Of a DNA stretch of 64,000 nucleotides, positions 13,341-25,710 are shown piece after piece. A program made the position numbers and the translations under genes. How positions within the stretch are numbered: position 1 is the first letter of the stretch; the number at the start of each line of letters is the position of its first letter. The notes below the pieces were generated by a model. That model worked only from the letters and a program-made list of their open reading frames with translations, was not told where the DNA came from and did not search any database. Source of the DNA: Amoebidium appalachense (Eukaryota; Protista; Ichthyosporea); assembly GCA_963693365.1 (NCBI GenBank), contig CAVNZM010000001.1:143844-207843 (forward strand), written 5' to 3'.

Positions 13341-16021
13341 CACACACACACATGCACATGCACACAACACATGCACGCACACGCAGAGAGCGAGAGCGAG
13401 ATACACACAGTGGAGGGGAAGACACACCTGACACACCCATATCCACACACGCTCCCGCACATACAACCACACACTGTGGATCCCTTCCCTATATTTGCAA
13501 TGTTTTTTACATAGGGCATGCTACACACACATCCACACGCATGCCCATTCATACCCTCGCGTGCACACACACGGACACCAAGTCACACACACACACACAC
13601 ACACACACGTGCACAGATTCACACAACACACGATGCACACGGACACATATGCAAGCACATATTCTGCTTTACTTACTTCCTCTAACTCTAATCACCATTC
13701 CCGTCCCTCGCTCTAGCCAGCCGGACGCACAGGACACCTGCAAAAACACGTGCACGATCACGCCGCACACACACACACACAGACAGCTACCTATACACCC
13801 ACATACGCAGGCACACATTCACCGTACCTTTCTCATACAGCCAATCATACTTCTCAAACTTGCTGATGTCATACTGGTTGGGGTCACCCCCCGCCTTTTG
13901 CACCTCCTCCATCAGACCACACCCATAGCCCTCACCCCCCTTGTTGTCTGCTTCCTTTTTGCACTTTGCCCACTTCCTCTCAAGGGCTTCCTTTGTTTCC
14001 AGGTCAATCAGGTTGCGTCCATACCCATACGGAATGTTCGAGTAGCTCTGCGTCTCGCTATCCACCCACCCATTTCCAATTCCAAATCCGGCAAATGGAA
14101 TGTGCCGGTCAGCCGGTTGGCGTTGGTTTTCAATGTGAAACTTGTATGAGATGGCCGGCACATAGTGGCCTGTAAGTGGCCGGGAGAGAATAAACGGTAG
14201 GTATCAGATAAATAGGAATAAGAGCAAGTGGCCAGGCAATAAAACACACAAATTGTGGCAACAGCCAATATCGATCAAAAAAAAGGTGAACAACATCAAG
14301 ACACACGCCTGCATAGAGGGTGTACGGCCAATGTCTTCCCTATCGAACGATACGTAATCTCTATTTCAGCCTCCTCAAACTATCTCTCCATCCTCCCTTC
14401 CCCCCTCCCCCCCTCCCCCCCTTTCTCTCTCACTTCCTCCCACTATCTCCCTCCCCTGCCCCCTCTTCCTTCCCTGCCCCTATCTTCCTCCCTCCCTTGC
14501 TCCCCCTACCCCCTCCTTCCACCCCTCCCTCCCCCCCCCCCCCTCCTGTCTCTCTCTGTGACTCCCTCTCGCCCTCCCTTTCTCTCTCTGCCCCCTCCAC
14601 CCCCCCAACTGCCTCCCCCTCCCTTTCCGTCCCCCTCCCCTCCCCCCTCCCCCCCCCCCCCTCTTACGAGCCCCCTCCCCCCCCCCCCCTCCGGCACCGC
14701 CCTCCCCTCCCTCCCCCCCCCCCCCCCCCCCTCCATCACCCTCTCCCTCCTTCTCGATCACTTTCTTCTTGGCCTGCTGGAAGCCCATAATCTCACTCAA
14801 AGGCCCCAATAGGCTATCTCTGGCCCAACCTCTTCTTCGTAGGGTTCCAATCCCCATACGACCAACGAAATATAACAAGAATGCACCGGCTGGCTTACAC
14901 ATGCCCTCGCCTGTGTGGTCAACTGTTTTTCGGCGCGTTTCTAAGTACTCAATTAACACTAACAAGTTTTTAATTACGCTCATTTATAGATGGCACTCAG
15001 AACACACACAGAGCCTTACACACCTGCATAAGACTCGCCAAACAGGTAGATGGGGTTCTTTCTGAGGTGGGGGAACACGTCCAGAAAGTTCTGGAAGGCA
15101 TCAAAGAACTGCTGGGCCACCTCGTACTCGTTGTGTGTCAGCTGGTCCTCGCTGTTTGCGTATGCAAATCCAGTCCCCACCGGCTGGTCAAAAAACACAA
15201 GATTGCTCTCCTGGTTCCATGCACCTTCGCGCGGCACAATGGCAAACCCTGCCTCCCCCCCTCCCTTCTCGACCATAAAGGGCCCCAACTCCAACAGCAT
15301 GCCTATCATGCTGCTGCAACCCGGACCACCGTTTATCCAGATAACAAGGGGGTCGTTCTGAGGATCCCTCTCCGACTCAAAGTACCAGAAAAAAAGCCCA
15401 CGGGAGTTGTCCGGTTGGGGCGTTGGCGACAGGTACCCGGCATACTGCAAAAAGGAAGAGAAAGCTGAATGTGAGCTTTGTAGTTGGTATTTACTTTGTG
15501 GGGTTGGTTTAAGCACTAGCAGAAAAAAGTGTTTTGCACTGAGACTCACAGAGACGCAACGTCTGCAAACACAAGCCATAGTCGCCAGGGGGCCGCGAGA
15601 AAAAACACCGCACATGCATAGATGTTACTGTTATAACATGGATACTCATGCAGTTGCTTGGTAAAGTTGGCTCCCTGCTCGATAATTGCCATGAGAGTAT
15701 AACGGGACGATGTTATAAAGGTGGAGCCTTCAACCACTATCGTGCAGCAGTAGTTCTTGACCTGTGCCTGCTGTGCTGTGTAAGTGTACCTACATTTGAG
15801 TGAACCTCCCAACGCGAAATCATGCATCACAGTGATTCTCTAATGATCATAGAAGGAAACACCACAATCACTATCAGCAAAAAAACAGCACTCACCTGGG
15901 CCAGGTTGCCCAAGCTGGCCGGCTGGAACGGCAGGTTGTTCACGCGGTACTCTTCAGCATTATGAGCTGACACTGCAGTGGCCATGCCTGCGCATGTTAG
16001 GAAGAGTGACAGTGGCCACAT
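10232..16021 (-). CDS. Serine carboxypeptidase, peptidase family S10 (Kex1/CPVL-like), with signal peptide and C-terminal TM anchor, 6 exons
   Basis: Exons 16021-15896, 15444-15024, 14169-13828, 12868-12726, 11673-11443 and 10513-10232 splice in frame. Motifs: [28 protein letters not shown] (Ser), [14 protein letters not shown] (Asp), [11 protein letters not shown] (His). Hydrophobic segment [18 protein letters not shown], then EREPLL. Confidence 0.95.
10678..10984. mobile_element. ~300-bp non-coding interspersed element, copy 1, in a poly-G tract of the last carboxypeptidase intron
   Basis: Nearly identical to 38084-38384 (TTTGAATGCGTCAAAAAGTACG...GCAGAAGCAAGAAAAATATA); G runs on both sides. 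Confidence 0.8.
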
Positions 16022-16113
16022 GGTGGTGGCTGGTGAATATGAACTAGGAGAAACAGAGTTGTCGGACGTTGACGAGTAGCTTTGTCAGCACAAATTTTGT
16101 TTGTGTTTCAAGT

Positions 16114-16245
16114 TTCACATCACTCACTCGTGCTTGCCTCATGCCCCCCGTGTCCGTGGAGTGCAGGCCGTCGTGCCTGCACCCAAGGGGCTGGCCGAGG
16201 CGGGGGCCGCCAGGGGGGGTCCATGCCATGACCCCCCCCGCACCA
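16114..16245 (-). repeat. Split direct repeat B2 (3' terminus of the element)
   Basis: TTCACATCACTCACTCGTG...CCATGCCATGA(C)nGCACCA matches 16636-16768 apart from a 1-nt indel. Confidence 0.92.
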
Positions 16246-16359
16246 GCCGGGGCTGGGCCCCGCCTCGACATGCTTTATTGCCGCTGCAATCGGGCTGTGA
16301 GCCAGTCACAGTCGCATACGTACACCGTCATGTATACAGACTTAGAGGTGGGTGGGTGG

Positions 16360-16768
16360 GAGCCGCCGTGTGCTAGCCACCGAAAACGCAATCGTGCTAA
16401 CAAAAACCGTACGTGCAGCACACGGCGAAAACGAAGGTGGCCTGCATCTGCAGTGTGCTGCGCCGGAAATACCGGCGCTGGTGGCGCCTGACGTCAGGCG
16501 CTGCGCCAGACCGATGTCAGCCGCCGCTGCGGCTGCGCCTGGCGCCGCGGCCCGTGACGTCATGGGCCGCCCGGCTGCCTGCGCCCGAAGTGATCCGTGA
16601 AACATCTTTCATCTGCTGCGCATATGAAACGTACATTCACATCACTCACTCGTGCTTGCCTCATGCCCCCCGTGTCCGTGGAGTGCAGGCCGTCGTGCCT
16701 GCACCCAAGGGGCTGGCCGAGGCGGGGGCCGCCAGGGGGGGTCCATGCCATGAGCCCCCCCCGCACCA
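16360..16768 (-). repeat. Internal B1-A2 repeat block (copy of the circle junction)
   Basis: 16360-16636 equals 21488-21764 with one mismatch seen (GACCGATG vs GACTGATG); 16636-16768 equals 16114-16245. Confidence 0.92.
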
Positions 16769-16778
16769 CAAGGCCCCC

Positions 16779-17896
16779 CTACTGCGATGTAGGGGGTCCG
16801 CCCCAAGGTCCCGTGGCGAGGCCCTGGTGTGACCAGACGGTGGCAATGGAGGCTTGCACGTCGCGGTGGGGCAGCCGGATGTAGACCATGAATGCGTCTG
16901 ATGCCCAGCGGCCAAGGGCTTTGATGGTGGCGTCGGGTAGGCCCGCTCTCTCAGCTGCAGTGGCCCCCCCTATGCGCAGGCTGTGGCCGGCGTACCGGTC
17001 GGGGTCGTAGCCCGCATGGTGTAGAGCTGTGCGGAAACCGGCGATGAAGGTGCTCTTGAGGTAAGGGCTGCCGTCGACGCTGAACAGGGGTGCATCTGGG
17101 TGGATGCCTGCCCTGGTTGACGAGACCCCCAGGAAGAGGGCTAGATTGGCTGCTGGCCAGAAGGAAGGCTCCTCCGGGAAGGCGGGCACCCGGATGGTAA
17201 CACCCTTGCCCGTGGGGTCGGTCTTAGATGTCGGCAGGAAGACTGTTGCCCCAATCAGGCGGCCACCCTGCCATAGGAGCTGGACGTCGCGACGCTTGGC
17301 GTGAAGGAGGGGGTTGAACTTGGCCGCAGATTTGGACGTGAACTCGCCCGAGCGCAGGAGGCACGAGCTGCCAAGCAGCAGGGCAGCCCACAGACGCAGG
17401 GCCTCCAATGAAGAGCCCGGTTGGATGACTGGGAGGAGGGCGCGGAGGTCGGCTGGGAGGAGGGGCTCGAGCACTCGTTTGGGCCGGTGGCTGCCTTCCA
17501 GCAGCAGGAAGCGGCCAGCCCCGCGGATAAACCACTGAAGGCTCTGCTGGCCGGAGCCCGCTGGTGGTGCCATGCCCAAGCTGCGGTGCAGGCTGTTGAC
17601 GGCGGAGACGATGCTGGGCATGGTCCGGGCTTGCACCGCACGCATGGCGCACCAGGCAAGGAACAGCTGCACTTGGGCTGGGCAGGCTGGCAGGTAGCCA
17701 CCATCAGGATTGCGGCAGTCCATTGCGTAGATGAAGTCGATTAACTGGCGCTGGTAGGACGAGTAGGAGGACTCCGTGCTGTCACCCACTGACAGCCGAG
17801 TGATGGTGCGGGCCACCTCCGGGACACGGGCCAAAACCTCGGGGGTGAACCACTGGGCAAGCCTACCATGGTCGCCACCAAAGGGAAGCAAGCCAC
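16779..17896 (-). CDS. Tyrosine recombinase of the retrotransposon
   Basis: LLRSGEF (Arg I), SKTDP, GHSLRIGGAT (HxxR), LGRWASDAFMVYIR (Trp, catalytic Tyr). The frame is open from a CAG acceptor at 17899-17897. Confidence 0.95.
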
Positions 17897-18009
17897 CTGC
17901 AGGGACAGAGCTGTGTGAGCATCATGCCTAGAGTCCCAGGGGGGGGGGGGGGGTAAAGGCAACGAGCGGGGTGGGCGGCAGGCAAGCGGGTGCACAGGCA
18001 GGCAAACAA

Positions 18010-18045
<36 letters not shown>

Positions 18046-18592
18046 CGTAGCTAAAGGGCAGAGGATGCATGCAGCGCTGGCAGGGAGGGCGGGGGAAGGG
18101 GAGGGGGGGTATGCGCGCACAAGCCGCGGTGTAGGCGTGCGTGTGTGTGCGCTAGTGTGTGGGTGTGTATGAGCATGTGTGTGTAACACCGAGGTTAAGC
18201 ATGCGCGATCGAAGGGGCGGGTGGAGGGGGTGGCAGGGTGGGGTTGGGGGGGGGGTTGGGAGAGGGAAGGAGGGGGGGGGGGGGGGGGGGGGGGGGGCAG
18301 GACACGCCACAAGCAGTTGGCACTGCGGGCCAGCACAGAACAAAGCGGCACACCGTGTGTACACCGTAAGACCGTAATGTATTGTCCCAAACACTCCACC
18401 GGGTGAGTGAGGGAATCCGAGCGAATGCGTGTAGTGGGGGGGGGGCCGGCCCCGGCCGCCACTGCAGAACATGAATCGTGCGATATACAAAGTGGGAAGG
18501 GGGGAAGGGGGGGTGTCGGTGCCCCCCACAGCCCACACGCCAAGCCCAATACGAAGGCAAAGGAACAGGGGAGGGGGCTCGGCCCAGCCCCA

Positions 18593-20473
18593 TCACGAGA
18601 GAGGGGCAGCAAACCACCCCGCTAGCCACTCAGGCACGGGTGTTGGGACTGGTGCGTGCCACGGGTGCAGCCGGTCGAAAGTGGCCCACTGTGCCCGCGA
18701 GATGGCATCCGCAATCGAGTTTTCCACGCCAGGGATGTGCTTGGCCGAGACCAGCACCGTGTAGCGCATTTCCATCAGCGTGATGAGACGCAGCACCCGG
18801 GCAATGGCAGGGACGGGGGAGTGACGGGACGCGATCGTAGATACTGCACCGTCGTTATCGGTGAGCACGCGTATGTGGCTGTTGCGACAGCTGGGACCCC
18901 AACAGGCCAGGGCCACGGCAATGCCAACCAGCTCAAACAGCACGGAAGCCCACACATCTCCGCCAGCAATGACCGTGCGCCAATGGTCCGTCCATGCTAG
19001 GTGAAACCACGCTTGACCCCAGTAGCCACCGCATCCTATGCTGCCGGCCGCATCTGTGGTGAACATGTGATGCACGGGGGGGGTAAGCACACGTATGCCG
19101 TTCCACTCGGGGAGGAACTCCGACCACAGCACAACGTCGGCTCGTGCGTCGGCGCAGACACGGATGTGGTGGTGGGGCCCTAGGCCGGCCCTCTCAGCCT
19201 CCGCCAGCAGATGAAGCAAGCGTTGAAGAAAGGCACGGGCACGCCCCAGCGCCACAACCTGAGCACACCACATGAGCTTGCCGCACAGGGACCGTAGGTC
19301 TCGAACAGTGGCCTTGGTGCGACCCCGCCAATCGGCTAGCAGGGCCCGGAGCTCGGTCAGCTTGACGGCAGGTAAGCGGGCCTCCATGCGCAGAGTGTCC
19401 CACTCGAGCCCAGAGTAGATGAGCGTGTGTGAGGGCAGCTGCACTTTGTCGTCGGCAAGCGTAACACCCACCTTCGAGCACACCCACCGAAACACCAGCA
19501 TGTTGAAGGCGCACTCTTGCAGCGTATGGCCGCCGAAAAAGAAGTCGTCCACAAAATGCTGTGTCTCTGTGGCGTTGAGGGCGTGGGCGAAGTGCTGCAG
19601 GGCCTGAGCTATGCGTTCCCAGAACGCTGGGCTGGACCGCAAGCCAAACGGTAGGCGGGTCTCCACATAGAACGCGCCTAGCAGCTGGAACGACAGCAGT
19701 GGCTGGTCGTCTGGGTGCACCGGGCCGTGACGAAAGGCACCCTTCACGTCGTATGCCCCGAGGAAGCAGCCCTGGCCGAGCCGAGCTACTGTTTGCATCA
19801 CCGTGCGGATGGTGATGTACTCCAGCTGATCCGGGTAATCGACCCCATCGTTGATACTGGAGCCACGCGGGAAGGAAAGGTCGTGGATGCGGCGGACGCC
19901 CGTGCCGCCCTTTTTGGGAACTGCCCCGAGGGGCGAGGATACAAAATAAGGATAAAGGGCCACCATCTCGTCGCGGGTGAAGGGGCCCAGGATGTGGCCG
20001 CATGCCACTTCCTTCGCAATGTCGGCTGCAAGCTGCTCACGGGCCGCCAGCGCGGACGGGTGGTTTCGGCCCACCCGGGTGACCCGCTCGCCGAAGTAAC
20101 CGACCGAGAAGCCCAGCTCTAAGTCGCGGAGCAGAGCCTGCTGAAACGCACTGTCGGGGTGCGGAAACAACTCAAACAAACGGCGGAAGTTGGGGACAGA
20201 TACGGTCTGTGGTGGTGCCGCTGGGGGGGGTGACCATGGGCCCCGCAGGGCAACGGAGAGGGCAGGCCCAGCGCTGACGTCAGCCCCTGCCCGAAAGGGG
20301 GCTGGGCCCCCTAAGCCGGGTTGGCCCCCCCTTCCCCCGCCCCGTTGGCTGGGTTGGGAGGGCAGGCGTGTGCGCCGTGCGCCGCTGAGCCGCACTTCAG
20401 GCAGGCGTACTTGTAGCGGCAAGGGTTGGGTCCCTTCCTGGTGCAGCCCTTGGCCGTGTTGAAGCCCCGGCAT
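18593..20473 (-). CDS. Reverse transcriptase / RNase H of the retrotransposon
   Basis: RT: SSPLGAVPKK, RRIHDLSFP, YDVKGAFRH, RLPFGLRSSP, FVDDFF, SGLEWDT. RNase H: TTDAAG, ELVGI, TDNDG, KHIPGVENSIADAISR. Overlaps the gag 3' end in another frame. Confidence 0.96.
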   Translation of the reverse strand: MPGLQHGQGLHQEGTQPLPLQVRLPEVRLSGARRTRLPSQPSQRGGGRGGQPGLGGPAPFRAGADVSAGPALSVALRGPWSPPPAAPPQTVSVPNFRRLFELFPHPDSAFQQALLRDLELGFSVGYFGERVTRVGRNHPSALAAREQLAADIAKEVACGHILGPFTRDEMVALYPYFVSSPLGAVPKKGGTGVRRIHDLSFPRGSSINDGVDYPDQLEYITIRTVMQTVARLGQGCFLGAYDVKGAFRHGPVHPDDQPLLSFQLLGAFYVETRLPFGLRSSPAFWERIAQALQHFAHALNATETQHFVDDFFFGGHTLQECAFNMLVFRWVCSKVGVTLADDKVQLPSHTLIYSGLEWDTLRMEARLPAVKLTELRALLADWRGRTKATVRDLRSLCGKLMWCAQVVALGRARAFLQRLLHLLAEAERAGLGPHHHIRVCADARADVVLWSEFLPEWNGIRVLTPPVHHMFTTDAAGSIGCGGYWGQAWFHLAWTDHWRTVIAGGDVWASVLFELVGIAVALACWGPSCRNSHIRVLTDNDGAVSTIASRHSPVPAIARVLRLITLMEMRYTVLVSAKHIPGVENSIADAISRAQWATFDRLHPWHAPVPTPVPEWLAGWFAAPLS

Positions 20474-21371
20474 ATCTCATCCGCAGCAGGGGCCGGGCTG
20501 GCGCGAGGGCTGGCTGTGGCCCCCCCAGAGGCAGGCTGCCGGGGTGTGCGGGGAGCGGTGGGTGCCTGGTGCAGGCGGGCACCAGACAGGGACACGGCCA
20601 GCTGCACAGCGTCGGGGGCGTCGAGTGGGCGGCCAGAGGCAGCGCACGACCGGCGGTGTGCATCCTCCCAGCGCATGATGGCAGCCCACTGGTACTCGGG
20701 TGCCAACTCAGTGGCCACAAACTCGGCGTGGGCCAGCAGGGCCGTGACGGGGGCGTTGGCGTTGATGCGTAGGCGTAGCAGCTGCAAGATGCAGCGCAGG
20801 TAGGTCTGCAGGTCCGGGCACAGGGCGGGCTGGCGCTGGGTGCCAGGCGTCTGCAGCACAACCGTGCCAGCAGGCAGGCCAGGCAGGGAAACCGGCTGGC
20901 GCTGCGTGTGGACAGAAGAGCCCGTGGGCGGCAGCAGGTCGAGTAAAGCGAAATGCTGCATAGGCTCGAAGATGGCAGCCCCCCGGACCTCCGGGGACAG
21001 GTGGGGGCAGGGTGGGTTCGACTGGCTGCGCTGGCTGGCCCCCCAAACGGCCAGTTGCAGGGCATTGGGCGGCGGAGGCAGCTGGTGCAGGTCGCCGCCC
21101 TGAGGGTCCTCCTCACGGGGGCGCTTGTTGGCGTTGCCGGGGGGTTGCTCTACAGCATCCACGGCCCCCGCCGCAGCGGCAGGGGGCCCCGTGACAGGGG
21201 GGTTCCTACCGGTTCCGCCCCCGCCAAGGTTGACGAGGTGGGGGAAGGCGCGCAGGAGAAGATCTTGCTGGGAAGGGGGGGCCGGGCTGGCCTTCAGGGC
21301 CTGACGGGTCGCGTTGGCCACCTCAGAAGCAAACATGCGAATGGTCGCTGCCAGCTCAGGGGTCAGGGCAA

Positions 21372-21410
<39 letters not shown>

Positions 21411-21483
21411 CGTCCTGCACAGGAGGGCGCACCTCCTGCCCTGCCTGTGCTGCAGGGCCATTGTCTGTTGGGTCTACTTCCAT
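20311..21483 (-). CDS. Gag-like ORF1 of the retrotransposon
   Basis: ATG lies 5 nt inside repeat A1. Pro/Ala/Gln-rich, with a C-terminal Cys/His finger CRGFNTAKGCTRKGPNPCRYKYACLKCGSAAHGAHAC. Confidence 0.85.
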
Positions 21484-21487
21484 ACTT

Positions 21488-21764
21488 GAGCCGCCGTGTG
21501 CTAGCCACCGAAAACGCAATCGTGCTAACAAAAACCGTACGTGCAGCACACGGCGAAAACGAAGGTGGCCTGCATCTGCAGTGTGCTGCGCCGGAAATAC
21601 CGGCGCTGGTGGCGCCTGACGTCAGGCGCTGCGCCAGACTGATGTCAGCCGCCGCTGCGGCTGCGCCTGGCGCCGCGGCCCGTGACGTCATGGGCCGCCC
21701 GGCTGCCTGCGCCCGAAGTGATCCGTGAAACATCTTTCATCTGCTGCGCATATGAAACGTACAT
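21488..21764 (-). repeat. Split direct repeat A1 (5' terminus of the element, probable promoter)
   Basis: 277-bp match to 16360-16636. Confidence 0.92.
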
Positions 21765-22015
21765 GTTTCAGCTTTGGCGCCGTAGATCCACCGAAACCTC
21801 GGGAATACCAGATCCAAGGATACTATCCGGGAGAGTCTGTCCGACTCTGTTGTCACCTGTCGCAAGGACCACAAGCAAGGACTCCTACAAAGATGGCTTT
21901 GCTACAAGGCCACTTAAGGGGTTTTGTGAGCGGAAGGAGGGCCGGGGAGGAGGCGGAGGGGAGGAGGGACTATGTATTCTGGAGGATGGGTCCGGCCCCC
22001 CTGACCCTCGGGGTA

Positions 22016-22058
<43 letters not shown>

Positions 22059-22177
22059 CGACATAAAAAAGCTCCTGATACATCAAAAGTATGACCGTGT
22101 GTCGGTTTAGGGGCAAAAAAAATTGAAGCTGCGGAGCCGGTGGGCGGGTGGTTGAGTGAATGGGTGGATGTATGGCG

Positions 22178-22275
22178 GCGGGGCGGGGCGGGGTGGGGCG
22201 GGGCGGGGACGGGCGGGGCGGGGCGGGGCGGGGCGGGGCGGGGCGGGGCAGGGCAGGGCGGGGCGGGGCGGGCGG
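22178..22275. repeat. (GGGGC)n pentamer array (GC-box/G4-like)
   Basis: Repeated GGGGC with a few variants. Confidence 0.85.
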
Positions 22276-22854
22276 ATGGGCGGGCAGGCGGGCGGCTGCT
22301 GGGGGGAGCGGGGAGAGGGGGGACTCCGAGGGCGAGAGGGGAAGAGGGAGTGTGTCGTATACACGTATGTGTGCATGTGTAATTCTTTGTATGTGTGTGT
22401 GCGCGTGTTTGCGAGCACGCGTGCGCGTATCTTGCGCTACGCGTAACTTGCATGTGCGCTTGTGAGTGAAGGAAAGTGTTTATACACGCATGTGTAATAC
22501 GTGTGCGTCCAGTAAATTAACTGGTTTCGTCATTTCTGGCGTAATCAGTAAGGAGTGGCGCTTCAGGGTTATGCCCCCCCCCTCCCCCCCCCCTCCCCTC
22601 CCCCCTCCCTTCCCCCCCCCCCCCCCCCTCCCCCACACACACACACATCTCAGAGCTTCCCTCCCATTCACGTGTAGGCTAGCGCGTACTCAAGTAGCAA
22701 ACAGTTAACTACCCCTTTACCACGTACAGGGGGTTACGGAAATAAAAAACCATGGGTACCTTTGGACATATGGTATCTTATACAGTAACTAAACCTTCGG
22801 GAACCTGAGCCCTCGTGTTCTAAAGTTTCCCGGTCGGTATCCCCGGGAGGGTGG

Positions 22855-22914
<60 letters not shown>

Positions 22915-22939
22915 GGGGGGGGGAGGGGGGGCCGGGGGA

Positions 22940-22971
<32 letters not shown>

Positions 22972-24377
22972 GGCTAAAAAAGCCCACCGAGGTTAAAATT
23001 TGTAGGGTCCCGCAAAAGTTTTATGATTCTTTTAGTTGTCGAGATGGGACTGAGAACGTGCTACTTGATCTTCCTTCCAAATTCATTCTCAGCCACACCA
23101 TGCAGTCTCCCCTCCAAGCTCCACGGCCCCGAGGGGAGAGAGCCCCTCCCCCTGCCCCGCCCCCCCTGCCCGCTTCCGCCCCTCCCCCCTGGCAGTCCCC
23201 CCTCCCCCCCCCCCCCCCCCCCTGCCTGGAATGTGGAATCCCGAAGCCTGCATGCAACGCCTTAGCTTTCAACAAAAACAGTAGTCCCGTCATTATGATC
23301 ATTAAAAGAAAAAGCAAGAGCAAAATACATCGACTGTTTTGAAACCATAATGCTAATAGATATACACAGGGACGGCTGCACATACGTCTCCGGGTCTTAT
23401 CCGATGTGTCTTGGTCGCGGTACGTCCACGTGGCAACAATCATGCGTGCGCTGTCATCGTGTTTGTATCTGCATCAATTGGTGCCATTGAATGAGATAGC
23501 TCTAGGTACCGTGTGTATGTTTATGGCGTTTGAAGTGAATGAGTGTGTTCCATGGGCATGTGTACTGGGCACAAACTCATATAATTGCATTAATCTGCGT
23601 GCTGTGCATATATATATCATGCATGAGAGGATAAATTGAAAAGGGGCACAAAGGCGGGTATGGGCATCGACGTTTTGAAGTAGGATTGAAGTAGGTTTTC
23701 TCACGCCAACCAGGGTACTTGTGATAGGTTGCATAACCTCTACTAGAAGACACCTCAGACTTGTAGGACAGACCTTCTCTTGTTCAACGTCTCATTCTCC
23801 ACTATCCATCCTTTTACTGTGCATGCGCTCCACAGTCGAGGTCACTTAGTATATCTGTTTCTATTTTTATTTTTATCCCGTTTTGTTCCCGGAGGGACCC
23901 CCAGGGGCCCTGTAAGGACTGCAGTACCGTCTTCCACGAAGCACCGACTATACTACTACCTAGATACTACATACAGTTCCATGAGCTAAACTAACACTCC
24001 ATTGATAATCCTCATTATTTGTGCACACTTGGCCCAGGTTTTTCATCCCAGCCTCGCTGATTAGGCATATCAAACGTATCATTTTTTTTATGCCCAGGCG
24101 ACACAAATGCACATACACCTTTAAGAACTTTGTGAGTCATGCACCGATGGCTAGGTGTATCATGATCATCCAAACCACATACACACCGTGAGGGCACATT
24201 CAGATGAAGGTGCCCGTGACACAAAAAAGGAAAACGTGCCGGAATAATATGTGACCTCTACTGTGTATGTTTGTTCAGGGCGAGCAGTCATAGTATTTGA
24301 AATCTTCACCGGTTATCCCGACTTCATGTAGAAACACGCACCGTGACACCTTGAAACACAACACACGCACGCACGCG

Positions 24378-24411
<34 letters not shown>

Positions 24412-24779
24412 CGCACACACACAAAACATGTCACAAGGGATAGTGTTTTCGACTTCACATTGAACCCTGTTATATATAAATGTGTGAAGTGATACTATTT
24501 AACTCATGTTCTCAGGTTCATTCACACACACCGGTAGATACTGGCGGGACTCGGTATTGACCGCATGTTTAGAAAACATCTTGACCACGAACTTCTATTC
24601 GCACACACATACACTCACACTAAGCAACTGATACAAGGCTATTACAAGCACCCGTGTGTGTATGTTGTGTCAGTTTGTGTGTCACGTCACATAATGTATG
24701 TTTTTGTGTGTGAGCTTGTCTGTGTGCGCGCGTGTGTGTCATATGTGTGTGATGTGTACTCTGTCCTGTATACTATGTG

Positions 24780-25710
<931 letters not shown>

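Larger units (their letters stand above)
16114..21764 (-). mobile_element. Full-length tyrosine-recombinase retrotransposon (DIRS order, Ngaro-like) with split direct repeats
   Basis: Order on the minus strand: A1(21764-21488), gag, RT/RNaseH, YR, B1(16768-16636), A2(16636-16360), spacer, B2(16245-16114). No methyltransferase domain follows RNase H, which favours Ngaro over DIRS1/PAT. No adjacent TSD. Confidence 0.93.

Noticed and set aside
19194-21116. Extra overlapping ORFs (269 aa, 239 aa) in the retrotransposon
   Set aside because: Expected in very GC-rich coding DNA; no motifs.
16104-21770. TGTTTCA on both flanks as a target-site duplication
   Set aside because: The left copy is 3 nt away from the element end, and YR elements normally make no TSD; treated as target half-sites instead.
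21780-24010. Possible TE relics or exons between the Ngaro element and the GH114 gene
   Set aside because: No TIRs, protein motifs or second copies could be shown.
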